In this document: positions 1-13,739 of the stretch, piece by piece
How positions within the stretch are numbered: position 1 is the first letter of the stretch
Layout: each line of letters begins with the position of its first letter
From: Octopus sinensis
Taxonomy: Eukaryota
Direction of reading: 5' to 3'
NCBI RefSeq assembly: GCF_006345805.1
Contig: NW_021832590.1
Coordinates: 124,001-188,000 of the forward strand
DNA: 64,000 nucleotides
Translations under genes and position numbers: made by a program
The notes under the pieces: generated by a model
What the model saw: only the letters and a program-made list of their open reading frames with translations
Told to the model about the DNA's origin: nothing
Databases searched by the model: none

Positions 1-590
1 GACGCTGTTGACGGCATTCCGCAGATCGAGTTTAACAGCCACGTGACGATGGAGTAGGGCATCCTTTGAAAGAAAGAGAGTTCGGGCCGCGTGTACGGCA
101 GCTTCACAGCCGTTTGGGATCCCGACTCCCAGTTGAAGTGGAGCTAGTTCGGCGCTGAGGCGTAGACTGACGTGTCGTGCGGCAGCTTTAGCGGCAAGCC
201 GGCGGAACAGGTTGCCAACAGCGATCGGACGAATACCGCCGTCCTTTTTTCTGAATGCCAGTAAATGAGACGAGAAAAGTAGCTTCGAAGCAAAATTCGG
301 GATGTTCCCGCTCAGCAACCGGTTTATAAGTGTGGTGATGGCAGTGAGTAGAGTTTTGCCTGCCTCGGCGGTCGTTTGAGAAATAAGGTCTTTTAAATGC
401 CCTGGGCGTAGTCTGTCTAGGCCCCCACAGCTGCTTTTTCCAAAAGATTGAATTGAGCGCTTGATTTCCTCGTTCGTCAGAGTTAGAATTGAAGTGTCTC
501 TTGGGCGTTCAAGGGGTCGGAGGTTGACGGGAGGGTCTAGATGTGACTTCCCCCGGGTCCGCTGCGGAAAAGGCTGAGACGGCCAAAATT
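1..590 (-). mobile_element. CRE-like non-LTR retrotransposon, N-terminal RT portion (runs off the window edge)
   Basis: Minus frame reads LLAFRKKDGGIRPIAVGNLFRRLAAK...QLGVGIPNGCEAAVHAAR...AVKLDLRNAVNSV, the RT motifs typical of CRE/R2-superfamily elements. Confidence 0.85.
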
Positions 591-817
591 AAAAATACCA
601 AGAACTTGGACGCCGTTTTATATTCGTACCAATCGCTTTGGAGACATCGGGCGTCGCAGGGCCTCTAACCTCGGCCTTCATCAGCGACATCGGGAGGAAA
701 TTGGCCCACAGGACGAAAGAGCCACGCAAGGTTTCGTGGCTATTGCAGCGGATATCCATCGCCATTCTCCGTGGCAACACGCATGCGGTACTTTCCGCAG
801 GTGGGTGCGTGCTTTAG
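591..817 (+). mobile_element. CRE-like retrotransposon 3' end (restriction-like endonuclease C-terminus)
   Basis: Plus frame KKYQELGRRFIFVPIALETSG...WLLQRISIAILRGN...GGCVL* (TAG 815-817). Confidence 0.85.
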
Positions 818-899
818 CCCCCCCGGAGTTTCCCTTTTGTACATTTTTAACTTAATTTGTTTTCTCTCGAAATAAATTGACTGATAGTCAAAAAAAATT

Positions 900-1130
900 T
901 CTTATTATCTAATCTGAATATCTCATAAGCCAATTTTCTCCACTTCACTCTGTCATTCGCTTTTTTAAGAAGCCTTGATAATGGCAATTCTATGACGTCT
1001 TTTACCGTTGATATCCATCGAGTTCTCGGTCGGCCGGGACTTCTTTTTTCAGCAAAATTGCTGAGCTTAATGGTTCTTTCAAATGGATCAGAGTGGGCGA
1101 CATGTTTAAAAAACTCCAATAGATTGTTCA
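900..1130 (-). mobile_element. RTE-type LINE C-terminal remnant
   Basis: KRSPGRPRTRW...ANDRVKWR matches the GRP-x-x-RW...DR-x-x-WR tail of RTE elements. Confidence 0.6.
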
Positions 1131-1346
1131 AATTTATTTGTTTGACTTTTTAGATGAAGTTTAGTTTTTTGATGGTTAGGACTTTAATTTCTGTTTTTAG
1201 TAATTTTTTGCAGAATATGTTTTTTATATACAATTATAAAAATGAAATTAAAATTGCATTATTTAATAAATTATATTATCACAAAAATAAATTTTTAATC
1301 ATTAAACTACCTACTTAAAAGATTAAATATTAAAATAAGTTGATAA

Positions 1347-2763
1347 ATGCTCGAAGCTATTTATATATTCAGTTTCAAAGGAGAAATAATAAGCGGTCAT
1401 GTGTATCGAAATGACATAAAGTAATAAATATATTGAGATTATATCAAAGGAACAATTATGCGGACCTTTTTCGTGTAAATGTGATTCATTCAAGACACGA
1501 AATTAAGTCTCCGATTGTTTCAATTTCTGGTCGATCCTACTGTTACATCAAAAAATGTGGATTTTGGTTCATGGCCTTCACAAGTGAGAACGCCAATGTT
1601 GCAATGACTTTCCAATTTCTCCACAAGATAGTATCCATGCTGGAACAGTGCATGGGCACACTCACTGAAAACAAATTTGAATCAAAAAGACACCTAATTA
1701 ACTTGATATTGTCGGAGGCAGGGGATAACGGGGTCCCACAACTGACCGACACACCTGCACTTTTGTCTATTCTGAACTGCTCTAATCTAAAAATAAAAGT
1801 TATTTGATATGAATAATTAGCAGAATAAAGCAGTCCAGTCCAAACTTACAGTACAAGTGACTGGTCAAATTGGATGGAGGAAGAATAACATTATTCACCC
1901 AAAACATGAACTCTTCCTCGATGTAAAGGAGCAAGTGCACTGTCTCATGTCATCAACTGGTAGAATGCTCACTCATAAATTTAGGGAGCGTGTTGACTAG
2001 TCATATAATCGGGAGTATTCAAATGAAATCTACGCTTAGTGGAATGCCCGAATGCTCTATTGGTATCAACGACAAAATTATCCGGTTTTCTATTGTTAAA
2101 AAACAAATATGTAGCCAAAACAATTCTCTAAATGCAAAAATGCTGCCAATTGACCACTCCACTTTTCACCAATGTGTCAAACTGTCCAAATATGAGAGTG
2201 AGCATTCAATAAACTTCATTCCTCCCGATGGAACATTTGAATTAATGAAGTATTGAGTGTATATCACTTTTAGTTATCGGACTAATACAGGAATTGACCT
2301 TCCGTTCAAAGTGACGTCCATTCACCGTGAACTGGACAAGAACACCAGCGAATTAACCATTATCCTCAAATCGAACTTTTCTGCTAATAGTAGTGCGACT
2401 AAAATAGTCGTTTGCATTCCTCTATCCAAAAAAACCTCAAAAGTGACAATTTTAAACGTCAAGGGAAAAGCCAAATACAAACGTGGGGAGGACGCCATAT
2501 TTTGGAATATCAAAAATATGAATGGACAGAGGGAGTACCAGTTGGTCGTCAGCGTAGCAGTCATGGAAGAATCTTGCCGAGTGAAACAAGCCAATGCAAA
2601 TATCTCAGTTTCATTCAAAATCGAACAGGCTTTCTCTGGAATAAAGATCCGCTATTTGAGGATATTGGAGCCACAGCTGAACTACTCCGAAAGAGATGTG
2701 ATAAGATGGGTCAGATATCAGAGTCGTAATGGGCTGTATGAGGTTCGGTGTGATCATGTCTGA
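1347..2763 (+). CDS. AP2M1: AP-2 complex subunit mu; 4 introns (29, 22, 25, 24 nt)
   Basis: Spliced product MLEAIYIFSFKGEI...FRVNVIH...VTGQIGWR...ELFLDV...LSGMPEC...FHQCVKL...FIPPDGTFELMNYR...VIRWVRY...GLYEVRC. Confidence 0.95.
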
Positions 2764-2914
2764 TATTCTAACTTTTTCTTATATTCTAATAAAAGAATTA
2801 AGATAGATTTATGATAAAATTTAATTGATATAAAAAAATATTAAAGTAATCAAATTTAATTTTAACGTCTTGTGATCTCGTCTTACCTAAGACGGCATTT
2901 AACGCTACGCACAT

Positions 2915-4459
2915 ATGGACGACAATCAACAGCTATTTAACAACCAAAATCATTTAAATAATGCAAATCATGAAAACTCTACTTCCGAGGAAGTACAGAT
3001 GACTGATCTGAACAGTCCCCTTTATTATATTCAAAAAACCCCCCAAAACGAATATTCTCCTTCAATAGAGTATCCTGAGTAATCGATTTTTTAATAACTG
3101 CTGTATTCAGACCCAATATGACTCAAGGCATGACGAATTTTGTCAAACCATTTCAATTGAAAAAGAGAGACACAATTCTTCCTAATTTAAGCATCGTTTC
3201 CACTCTTGACTCTCCGGTTGAATTCAAAAAAATTGCAAAAAAGTATTTATTGAAAAAGTTTTTTAGACCAAATCGGTCATATCGAGATGTATGGCGCCCT
3301 CAGGAGTTCATTCCTGCTATTTCTGAGGAAAGAAAAGACCAATCATCCCCAAAACAACCATCGGCAACCGCTAAATTTCCAAAAAAAACAAAGTCTCGTC
3401 AAAACAAGATAAAAGTGTCAGAAGAAATCGAAAAAATGAAATCAACATCTGATTCATTGCCAAATCATGATATAACGTGTCTAATATCCACAAAATCCGT
3501 TGAATCCTCGCTTTCCCACCAAAAAAGGCTTGTGCGTTACAACAATCAAGCCACGGAGTCGTCAGAAATTCAGTTGACCCCCTTTAGTCGAGATTTGATT
3601 GTCGGGACATGTGGGGATCTCGAAAAGGACTACTTTCGAATCACTTCTGAGATTGACCCTTCTAAAGTCAGGCCCGAAAGGGTCTTGAAGAAATCACTTG
3701 AGTTGATAAAGGAGGTTTGGGAGGAGGAGGGAGACTATGCCTACGTCTCTGATCAGTTAAAGTCGATTAGACAAGATTTAACGGTTTTGTACCTCAATTA
3801 TTCTTCAGGTTCAGGGAATAAGAAATCGCTTTGCCCTCTCAGTGTACGACACCCATTCGAGGATATCTCTTGTCGCCGTTTTGTCGTTGATTATAATTAT
3901 AGGGAGATTCCTCTGAGTTTGGACAGTGTTTGACACAGTTGCGGTCTCTCTTGTCCGAATCACGGGAGGACTTTGTGGCCAAGGATGAATTTACGAGTTA
4001 TTATATTCTTAATTGCATTTTCACACAATTTCAAGCAGGTTCACTTCAATAAAAAAAATTCAGGGCTAATGGAGGTAATTGGAGAGTTGGATGAGAGGGA
4101 GGTGAGAAATGAATTTATTTCTGCTGCTTTGGGGTTGCAGAAGGCTTACGAAAGCGTCAACTATCATCAGTTTTTCAAAATTTATTCCAATTTCCCTGGT
4201 TTGGGAAGGTTCATTATTAACTGGTTCTTGGATCGTTTTCGTGTACAAGTAATGTGTATTTTGTGCAAAACGTGAGTTTTTTGGAATATATTTTTGTAGA
4301 TATCGACCAGATTTGAATGTTGAGGTTGTCAGAGATAAGTTGAGGATTAGTTCGTATGAGAAGTGTCTCGACTTTCTAGCTGACAATGGTGTTGTCGTCG
4401 TGTCTGGCTTTGTTGACTGCAAACAATCTACTTTGTGCTTATTGAATAAATCGATTTGA
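2915..4459 (+). CDS. LENG8: LENG8/THP3-like SAC3/GANP-family protein; 5 introns (32, 25, 25, 25, 28 nt)
   Basis: IVGTCGDLEKDYFRIT...VRPERVLKKSL...DQLKSIRQDLTVQGIRN...YDTHSRISL...EFGQCLTQL. The start codon is inferred. Confidence 0.85.
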
Positions 4460-4890
4460 CTTTATAATTTTATCTTAAATAAGATTCGTATAGTAAAAGA
4501 GTCCAATTTTTCAATTATTTTGCTATCCGCGGTGTAGTCACTGACGAATTCTAATTGTAGACATAACTTTCTTTTGTTTTTCAATCACTAATGTGGACGT
4601 TCTTTGAATCCCAGTCCTTAGTAAAAACTGTTCGTCGTATTCTCAAGGATAGACGATAGTTTTGATTTTTGATGAAGAAATGATTCATAAGTACAGTCGG
4701 AAATTATCATGAAACTTATTTTAGCAAGATCGTTTCCGGAGAGAATACATCAATCAAAGTTATCGAAGATTTCATCTTTAGTAAATGGATCAATGCTTAA
4801 AGAAGCTAGTTTATTGGAAAGATAGTCGTATATTTGTGAGTAGGGAAATTCCGTTAAAAATTTAAAATGATCAAATTATTAGGAATCTGA

Positions 4891-7800
4891 TTATATGTTC
4901 AACATTTTTCCTCCCGAACCTGAAAATTTCCCGGAATGAGATCTATAGCTTACCTAGTATTAAGTGATTTCAAAACAAAATACATCATTAGAAAAAGTAT
5001 ATCCTCGGAATTTCCGTTTGCTTTCATATTTTTTTGATTTTGATTTTTTCAAAATAATATTGTTTTTTTTAGAAAGTCCTCTAAATAATAAAAACTTATT
5101 AAACTTACTTTGCAATCACCGGTGGCCACAGAGTAATGTTTAATATTAGAAAAAGCATGAACCAATAGGTTGGTTTTGTCCAAACAGAGTAGAGAGTCCC
5201 AACCGAGTCCGAATCAATATAGAAATAACTGTAAATGAAGGTCACTAGTAAGTAAAGGAATAGAGAGATCGTGACAGCAAATAAATGAACTGCAGTCCAT
5301 GACAAAAACGAAACTAGACACTTAAATGTAAGTTTGATAGCAGGGTACTCGACTGTTTACGACTACTATAATAATTGTCATTATTATTTGGCGGATCTGT
5401 TCAATGTCATCATTGGGAATTCCTCCTGTTGAGACGGTGTTGTTAAATGTTAAGAGCGTCAAAAATAAGATTGTTATTGCAGTCAGAATCCCTTCGGCTG
5501 CTGAAATTAGAAAGGTTTTGTTATTATAAATTTTGTTCTTTTGTCCAACATAGTAAAAGCCGAAATAATCTAGATCAGCTTTAAAGTCCTATTAATTAAA
5601 AAAGAACAAATTCACTTTGTCAAGAAATGCCATTACAGTAACAGGAGCGGATGTATAAATAAGGTTGTACAATGCAATGAATATTTGATTGTAAATGTTC
5701 TGCAATTTTTAATTTACAAATACCTGTGAACTGTATCCAGAGATAAATGTATAAAATCCTTGCATTAAAGCGAAGCAATAACTTTTGTAAATAAAATAAT
5801 TAGCAAAGTTTCCCAATCTTATATAAGAAAGTCTTCCGTGTAAAAAGATAAGTCTTCCTAGGTAGAAATATTCAGCAATCGAGTAATCCGAGTTCAGGAC
5901 TGCCTGCTGACCTTCAAATCCGTAAATTCCAACTCCAACGTTCGCGGCTAAAGTCTAAGGAAGAAGCAACCTTTGATCATGCTTACGTCATTAGCACCAT
6001 CTCCGACAGCCAAAGTCACGGCCTTTTTAGATGTCCGGATTAGTTCTACGACCGAGGACTTTTGTCCCGGTGTGAGTCTACAACAAATGACACTGCTGCA
6101 TAAATCCGTTAGCTCAATCAGTTTGTGTTTCATATCCTTCATTATAATTGCCTAAACTAAATCTTTAAAAAGACCAAGGTCTGTCCTGAAATGACAAGAC
6201 AGAATCCAATATGATCAAATTCTTTTTCATACTTATCTTTATCCTTCAAAAAACGCTCTGCTGTAATGTTTTGAGAACTCAGTTCGTCGAGGATCGATTT
6301 TTTAAAGTCGTCAAATATTTTGGCTACATTTTCTTCATCTTCTGTGACTTGCATAACGGTATCTGTCTCTTTAATTAGCCCGCAAAGATATCCGACATTA
6401 ATGGCGGTTTCTGTTAAATTAGAATTCTATTCAGCACCAATTTTGTCCCCTGTGAGCATCCACAATTTAATATTGGCATTAAAAAATTTATTAATTGTTT
6501 CAGGGACGTTTTTTTGAAGTTGATCTTCAATTCCAGATGCTCCCAACAAAGTAAGATTTTTTTCAATTTTTTCATAAGCCTGAACTAGACCGTCTCGATC
6601 GTTTATTTTATTTAAAGTTGAATTGTATTCGTTTTCCCAAATGCTCCATTCATTTTTTGAAATTATTTTATAACCAAAGCATAATGTTCGGAGTCCTTTC
6701 TCGGCGTAATTCTAAACTTCTCCTAAATTCTCAAACATTTATTTGTTGTTCGAGTAACTTGTAGTAATCAACGTCGCTTTTGTCACTAATTCCGAACAGA
6801 CTGGAATCCGCCCCCTTGCACAGTAAAATATACTGGGAATCTTGTTTGACGATAATTGACATTCGTTTCCTGACGCTGTCAAACTCCAAGATGGCCAAAA
6901 TTTCGTATTCAATCAGCCTTTTGTCAGCCTTGAGAATGATTTTTTTGGAATTTCTAAATGTAATTGTGTAATTGTATTCAAAGGCTCCTTCCACGAGGGC
7001 CTTTTCGTCAGGACTTTGTGCCTGAAATTTTATTTTCCCTAAATCTAAAAGGTTAATTTTGAAAAAACCTGCCTCTGTTTTAATAAAGACGGTATTGCAT
7101 ATTGCAAGCATTCTGAAGAAAAAATCAGTCTTTGAGTCTTCGACGTTCAAAGCAGCTTTCAGCTTTTTATTATTCTTCAAAATAATTATCAACTGACAAA
7201 CCGAAAAATCGTAACTTTTCTCAAGAATAGAAATCATTTTTAGTTTCATGATATTCTGAGCGTCAGAAAGTATTTTACCTTGGTTAAAGTGCCTGTTTTG
7301 TCAGTGAAAATGTGAGTGATTTGCCCTAGTTCCTCAATCAGTTCCGTCGAACGTGACCTGGCAGATTTGGAGTTATTGCCGACCATTTCCACATCCCAGT
7401 TTATATACATAGAATTGATAAAATGAATTAGATCAATGCTGATAAAGAGGGAAATGGGGATGATTGCGTTTATGATTATCAAGATAGGGAAAAAGTTTAA
7501 AAGAGTATCCACAAAAATTTCCAAGCCAAGGCTTTGGTTAAAATATCTTTTCACAGGTGAATAAATACGGAAGTTAATCCCATAAAACCTCTCCCAGATT
7601 GCATAAGAAACAAGCAATATAAATATGAAGATTCCGGCTATCAAAAATGTCTGAGAATTTGGTTTTACTTAAAAACCTTGATAAGATGTGAATTGAGGAT
7701 TTTGATAAGGTTTGTTTGTTTTTGCGTCAGTTTTCCGTTATTTCTGCTCAGTTTGGTGTCGTATCCAGCGTAGATCACTAGTCCAATAATATATTCCGTG

Positions 7801-8673
7801 TTTCTCAAAACAAATCCACGGAGAACAAGATTTTGTTTAAAAAGAGAAATTTGTTGGTCATCGAAAAATGCTGTTCCTGTAAAGTTTTCCAGGTCAGCGT
7901 TTGGCAGGTCACAAACCACTTTGCATTTGAAATTATTCATGCTTTCTAATTCCCTGATCTTGTCAACTATTTGTTCAGCGGCATAAAATGCCTTATAGTT
8001 AGTCTCCCTGATTTTTAATTTCAAAACCTAAACCCGTCTAGTTCGCTCGATTCGATGAAGCAAAATCCATCATCAGTGGTTGATAAAAGTAAAAGGTCAG
8101 CCTATATTTCAAATGACAAAGATTACTGGAACGGATTCGTTTTCCTTCACCATCACAATATCCCCGACTCTCAAGTTTTGCCATTTCTCAACTTTTTGTA
8201 TGTTATCTCTGATTACTTTGCATTTCCTCAAGTTAATTTCTTTGTCATTTTTATGCCGCAACTAGTCAAATTAAATTCTTAAAAATACATAGTCGTCATA
8301 GATCTCCCTTATTGCAGGAATGAGTAAAACAACGACGAGAGGAATAAGAGTGGTTAGTGGTGATAAGGAAGAGATTACCGGAATCGACTAATTAAATGGA
8401 ATTAATAATTATTTTAGAAAATAAAAACCTGGATAATGGCTAAAATAAGAAAATAAAGATTTGACGGGAGTTTTAGTTGTTTGTATAAAAACAATGGTAA
8501 AAATGAATACCAAGTGTAGAGAGAGGTTTTTATAAAGTTATTCTGTGAATGAGAATTTTTATAGTTTTATACACAAAATGAAGCTGTTTTCAAATTGCAA
8601 TTAACGCTGACAGTTCGTGATTTTTCTTTAAATTAAAAATGATATTTGAACCTTTTGATGATTTGAATTTCAT
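4891..8673 (-). CDS. P4-ATPase phospholipid flippase, ATP8-like class; multi-exon, C-terminal end approximate
   Basis: DGETN, DKTGTLT, QAQSPDEKALV, EFDSVRKRMS, CRLTPGQK, GDGANDV and RGYTFS motifs, joined by mini-introns. Confidence 0.92.
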
Positions 8674-9030
8674 ATATTATGTACCAATTAAATTATACAT
8701 ATTTCTTATTCGAAAATTTTATTAAATTAAATTACTATTTATAAAAATAAAAATTTTACTATATTCTTAGTTTTAATGAATGGGAATAAATTATCTAAAA
8801 TTTTTTAAAAATATACAAGATTGCAGCGAAAAACTACGACCAAACTTTGAAAGACAAAAATAGGACTTTTAAAGTTGAATGGAAATGAGAGTATTTTATT
8901 ATTTTTTTGTGAAGATAAAATGTTTTGTCTTGTAACATATCAATGATATTGAAATTGACTGACTATAGAGTAAAATAATTCATTTATTAAAAAATATATC
9001 ATTTTCTTTAACAGGACTAATTAAATTTTG

Positions 9031-11244
9031 TCAATACGCGGTGATGTTCGTGAGAATCTTCAACTTTTTAACTAGGTCTGAAATTGTAGGCCACGATTTA
9101 TTGTGCCCCTAAGTTTATAAGAAAAAGCATTAAAACTTGAAAAGAAAAATATCCATCTGGGTTTCGAACAATCAGGTAGTGAGCAATCTGCTCAGAAGTC
9201 CTCACGGATAGCGCAAAAGCTCCATCAATAGAAGATGATTTCCGAATCAGAAAATCTCCCACGTTCTTTTTTATCAAGTACTTGATTGCATCCGTTCTAA
9301 AATTTTTGAAAACAAAACACCTTGATATATTGGGTTGAAACCAGTCTTTCTCCAATTTATAGACTCTCGCGTACCAATCGTTTGCTGAATCTTGAATTTG
9401 AGTGTTTTTAGTCGAAGAATCATCATTCAAAGTTAAGAAATATGACCCATGTCCACTGTCGTTGTTGGAATGTTTTTTGGCATTAAAGAATTTCAATAAT
9501 TTTAATTTTTCCATTTTTTCATAATCCTTTTTCGAAATCTAAACCATAATCGATAACAAAGTGTCCCTCAATTCCATTGATTGATGGGGGGAAATATATA
9601 AAAGAATCCGTCGAACAGAACAAATTGTTTGAACGACTAAAGGTCTTTGACTTTCCGAGTGATTCATTTTCGATATTTTCTTTTTCAGTGTCATTTTTTC
9701 TCGGCCTGAGAACATGTGTTGGAGAAAAGTTAGGTTGTTGATAATAATCCAGATCTTTACGGTGTTTTCTTATTACTTTTCCTTCGTAATTAGAAACTTT
9801 TATTTTTGGTTTCTTTTCGGTTTCAAAAGAAGAAAGTCTATTTTCACAAATCTTGGGATTTTCTAGCTTCTCTTTGTAGGCAGGAAGCAAGCTGTATCTA
9901 AAAGGATTATTGTAGTCTTAAAACTTGATAGAAGAATTGCTCTGTTGAAACGAACCTTTCAGCATGTCGGCCATCTAAATTATAATAATCACGCTCGTTA
10001 ATTATAATAATCTAAAATGGCGCCGCGAATTTTAAAACAATGTTAAATATAATGATTTTTAGAAAGTACCCTGAACTCTCTAAATAAGCTATTTTCAACT
10101 AATAATTCCAATTATCCTAAAGCCCGAAGGGCATAAATTAGTCTTTTATGCAAATTTATAACTTGAAGAATTAGCGGTCGATAGCATGAATTAATTTAAA
10201 TTACATTTTCATTTTGGCGTCTTTTCCCCAAGAAATGATGCTTTTTAAAGAATAACTTTTTTTTAGTTTGAAATTACAAACCATCCAGGGATCAATTAGT
10301 TTATTCCTTTTGTGATTGTGGTTTGCCGAATATTTCATTTTAACAGCTTCACCAAAAGATTTTTTGATTTTTTCATTAATTGTTTCAATCTAGCATGTCA
10401 TCAAATAACCGCACTCAACTTCATATTTAAACGAAGTTGAGAAATAGTAAAAATAATGACTTGACTTTGGAATTTGGCTTGAAGACCGAGCTATGATCCC
10501 GAATCTTTTTCTTGAAGGATCACAAATTGCGTGAGAGATCCTTTTCATCGGGTAAGACATATCAAGATCCTAAAATATTTAGATAACTAGTTTTTAGACA
10601 AGCAGAAGCAGCACGCAGCATTATTAGTGATCGATACAGTGTCTGTTAAGCTGTTAATCAATTTATTAGCACTTAGATAGATGTTATTTGTGTATTACTT
10701 TAGAGTTTAGACTGCAAACTCTGATTTGAGTACTCGAAATTGTGATCATTACGGTTTCTGTAGAGATGTTGTTCATCTATAAAAAGAAATTAATAGTTTA
10801 AATAAATAAAAATATGTTGAAATAAAAATGAAGTAGGTTCAGAATCGACATGTGGGTAACTTAACATTTCAATTATGAATGTTAACATAATTATTGGATT
10901 AGTTAATTGATCGGTTAACAGATTCTGTAATTAACCTCCATGGTCTGCAGATAATGGACTGCTTTAGTGAGTTTGGTTGTCAAACATTCACTTTCCAGTA
11001 AAATTGATCCTTCATACTAAATTTAAGTAAAAAATAATTATGTTTATTTAACAATGAAAATGTTATTACAAATAATGTTAACGGTTTTTAGTCTTTAAGT
11101 AAATATAGAATTTTATATTTTTAATAAAATATATTATTGGGAACATATGTTTATTAAGCCAACCTTGACAATCAAAAAATCAGTGTTTAAAGAAATCTGG
11201 GGAGTTTGAAATATGTCTTCATTTGTGGTCACTGTAATTGACAT
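9031..11244 (-). CDS. SH2D5: PTB + SH2 adaptor, SH2D5-like; the PTB exons (10200-11244) are absent from the ORF track
   Basis: Spliced IVK|YEGSILL...VMITISSTQIRV...|DLDMSYPMKRISHAICDPSRKRFGIIAR (PTB), followed by WFQPNISR|TDAIKYL...GDFLIRKSSS...FALSVR...HYLI (SH2). The junction between the two halves (about 9975-10200) is uncertain. Confidence 0.7.
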
Positions 11245-12529
11245 AATCCACAAAAACTGCTTGTTTGATAGTTAAATGATTTAAAAAATGCGAAGCGTAG
11301 TTTTATACAGAAAAAGGCGTAAAATCGATGTCAAAGAGATAATTCATTAGCAATATAGATCGCGTCTAACTTGAGGATTCAGCAGGTTGCAGGGCGGATA
11401 TCCCCAATTAAATATATCCACCTAAAGGAATACCAGATTTTAGATTATTAATGGCCACAAAATTTATTAAATTAATTTTACGTGTGATTTAGTATTGTCT
11501 TTGTAGAGTACACTCATTCAAAAATACAAACATTTGTATTTTGACAGCCTGTTGGGCAATTAATAATAAGTCCAGAACAAATAGATAGCATTAAATAATA
11601 GTTTACCAAATATCGACGTTTATATACTCTACCAATTTTCTTTCCATAATTAGATTATATCAATTTTAAGAATTAAAAAATTAAGGATCTAAGGATTTGC
11701 TTATTATTAGAAACTCAGTTAAAAGAAATTTACAAAATCTTTATAGTTATTAGTGAAATGCAAGAGAATTGTCTTATTTTTTAAATAGTATGTTCATATT
11801 TTTCAGACATTTTACATAAGTATCTACTTAAATCTTAACTTTAATTAAAAATGGTCAAAATAATTTAAATAGAAAAACAAATAAATAAAGTTTACTCCAG
11901 ATGTTGTTGATAACTAATTAATATTGAAATTGTTTAAATGAATGACAGTATTGATTTAATCTTTAACAATTATATATTTAAAATAAAATATTCTTTTAGA
12001 AATCGAAAAAAAATTATAAAATTTCCTAAGCATTTAATAGTTTTTATTATAAATCTATGAATAAAAAACTTAAAAATTAAAAGTGCAGCACTCGTTTAGG
12101 TAATGGCAGTGAACTAACTCAAAATTCGTGATAATTTTGTCATTAAACAAATAATAATTATATTTTGATAAATTTTGTGAACTTAAAATAAAAGTCGATA
12201 CTTAATTAAAAAAATTTTAGAAAAATATGCAATCATGAAAACTTTTTTATTTTGAAAAATAAGTAAATTGTACCATTTCCAACGGGAAACAGACTAATAA
12301 ACTTTCCTGCCTCTTTAGTAGCGTCTAGTGTTATGATCTTTGAAAACCCACTTGAACTTATCCCACTAAAATTAAAAAGGTTATAATTGGATTAAAATTG
12401 TTAAACATCACTGGAGTATCAAAATTTTATTTGTAACAAAGTATTTTCTAATTATCATATTCCGCGTTTTAAAACACCTCATAGGCATATCATTCGATCA
12501 AGAAAAACAAGGCTATGACTAGGGCTGAC

Positions 12530-13250
12530 TAGCCCAACCTCTTATAATGCGCCTGCAACCGCGATTGATGACGACTACATTTACAAGAAGATGAATAGTA
12601 AATTTGTGGATGACAATGTTCGCGGTGCTGTCAGGCTTGTTGTTTACACAAGTTTTCTTTAGTCCTCGAAACCCGTTGTTTTAAATTCTTTCAGAGAAAA
12701 ACACCCCTCTCAGCCCAACGACTTCAGACCCCATCGGTCCCCTGTCATGCTTGCTGTCAATCCATTTGTGGTCTCGGAAGCTCTCGTATTGTAATCCCTA
12801 CGGAACTTTTCCCCAGGAAGCAGCGGTGGAGTAGATGGGTTGAGGCCTAATAATTCAACAAATGTGACATCTCTGATCACCGCTGAAGCTTGATAGAAAT
12901 TATTATGTGACATGGGTTGCTGGATACGGATGGGCAACCGGTTACATTTTACCTTAAAAAATCCTAATTTACTCTCGAACAAATGATACTATTTTAATCA
13001 TTGGTTAACTTAAAAAATACTTTAGAGATAATTAATAGTTAGTCAGTTTCCGTTTTTGTAATTTGTAGGTTGGGCTAAAGGGAGGCTCTGAATTAGCAAG
13101 ATAGACCTGTAGCCAGCGAAAAAAAATAGTTCTATTTGTACAAAACAGTTCTTGTTCGACGATCGTAGTTAGCGAGTGAGAGGAGGTTTTATTACAGACT
13201 CTGGATGAGAGAAAACCGAGGCAGAAAGAAGCAGAGTAGAACAACTTAAG
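12530..13250. mobile_element. Two degenerate CRE-like N-terminal fragments (+ about 12530-13000; - about 13020-13250)
   Basis: NFSPGSSGGVDGLRP on plus. WLQVYLANSEPPF on minus, which is shared with 44810-45130. Confidence 0.65.
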
Positions 13251-13259
13251 CTAATCAGA

Positions 13260-13720
13260 TTGCTCATTGAAGCCAAAGCATCATCCTTTGCAGTGGAAAA
13301 AGAGGAAGCTGCTAGGATACAAGAAAATTTAGGGAATCTAGGCGAGATTTGCCGGACACGGCGGAGGCGTTTAAAAGATACAAGAACGAAAGAGATAGAA
13401 TCAGTCTCCTATGTGGAATCAGAGAAATGGAAGGAATCTGGGGAGAGGCAGGCGCCAGGATTCGCATAGGGAATAGAGGGAATAAAAATAAGAGGGAGAC
13501 GAAAAGACAAGTGGGACAGACCCATGATAGAATACTTCTCGAAATGCGGAAAGCTAGGGAAACACAAAAAAGATGAGAGAACAGAATTCTTTCTTTCAGA
13601 GGGAAACAAAATTTGAGAGTAGGATGGGAGTCAGGCATACAAAAAAAGAATCGAAACGAATACGTGATTTAAACAGCTGAAAAACAGGCATACGACAGAA
13701 AAAATTGGAACAGGCCGACT
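13260..13720 (+). mobile_element. Degenerate LINE fragment, possibly RNase H-like
   Basis: Broken frames SDCSL...HHPL...CGIRE resemble the LINE RNase H SDS...SHCGI-x-GNE pattern. The match is weak. Confidence 0.3.
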
Positions 13721-13739
13721 CGCTCACTAAGGCCATTGT

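Noticed and set aside
2257-2300. Apparent in-frame stops between consecutive ORFs, suggesting a variant genetic code or readthrough
   Set aside because: In the host genes where I traced the junctions, the stops fall inside GT-AG mini-introns, so the standard code fits.
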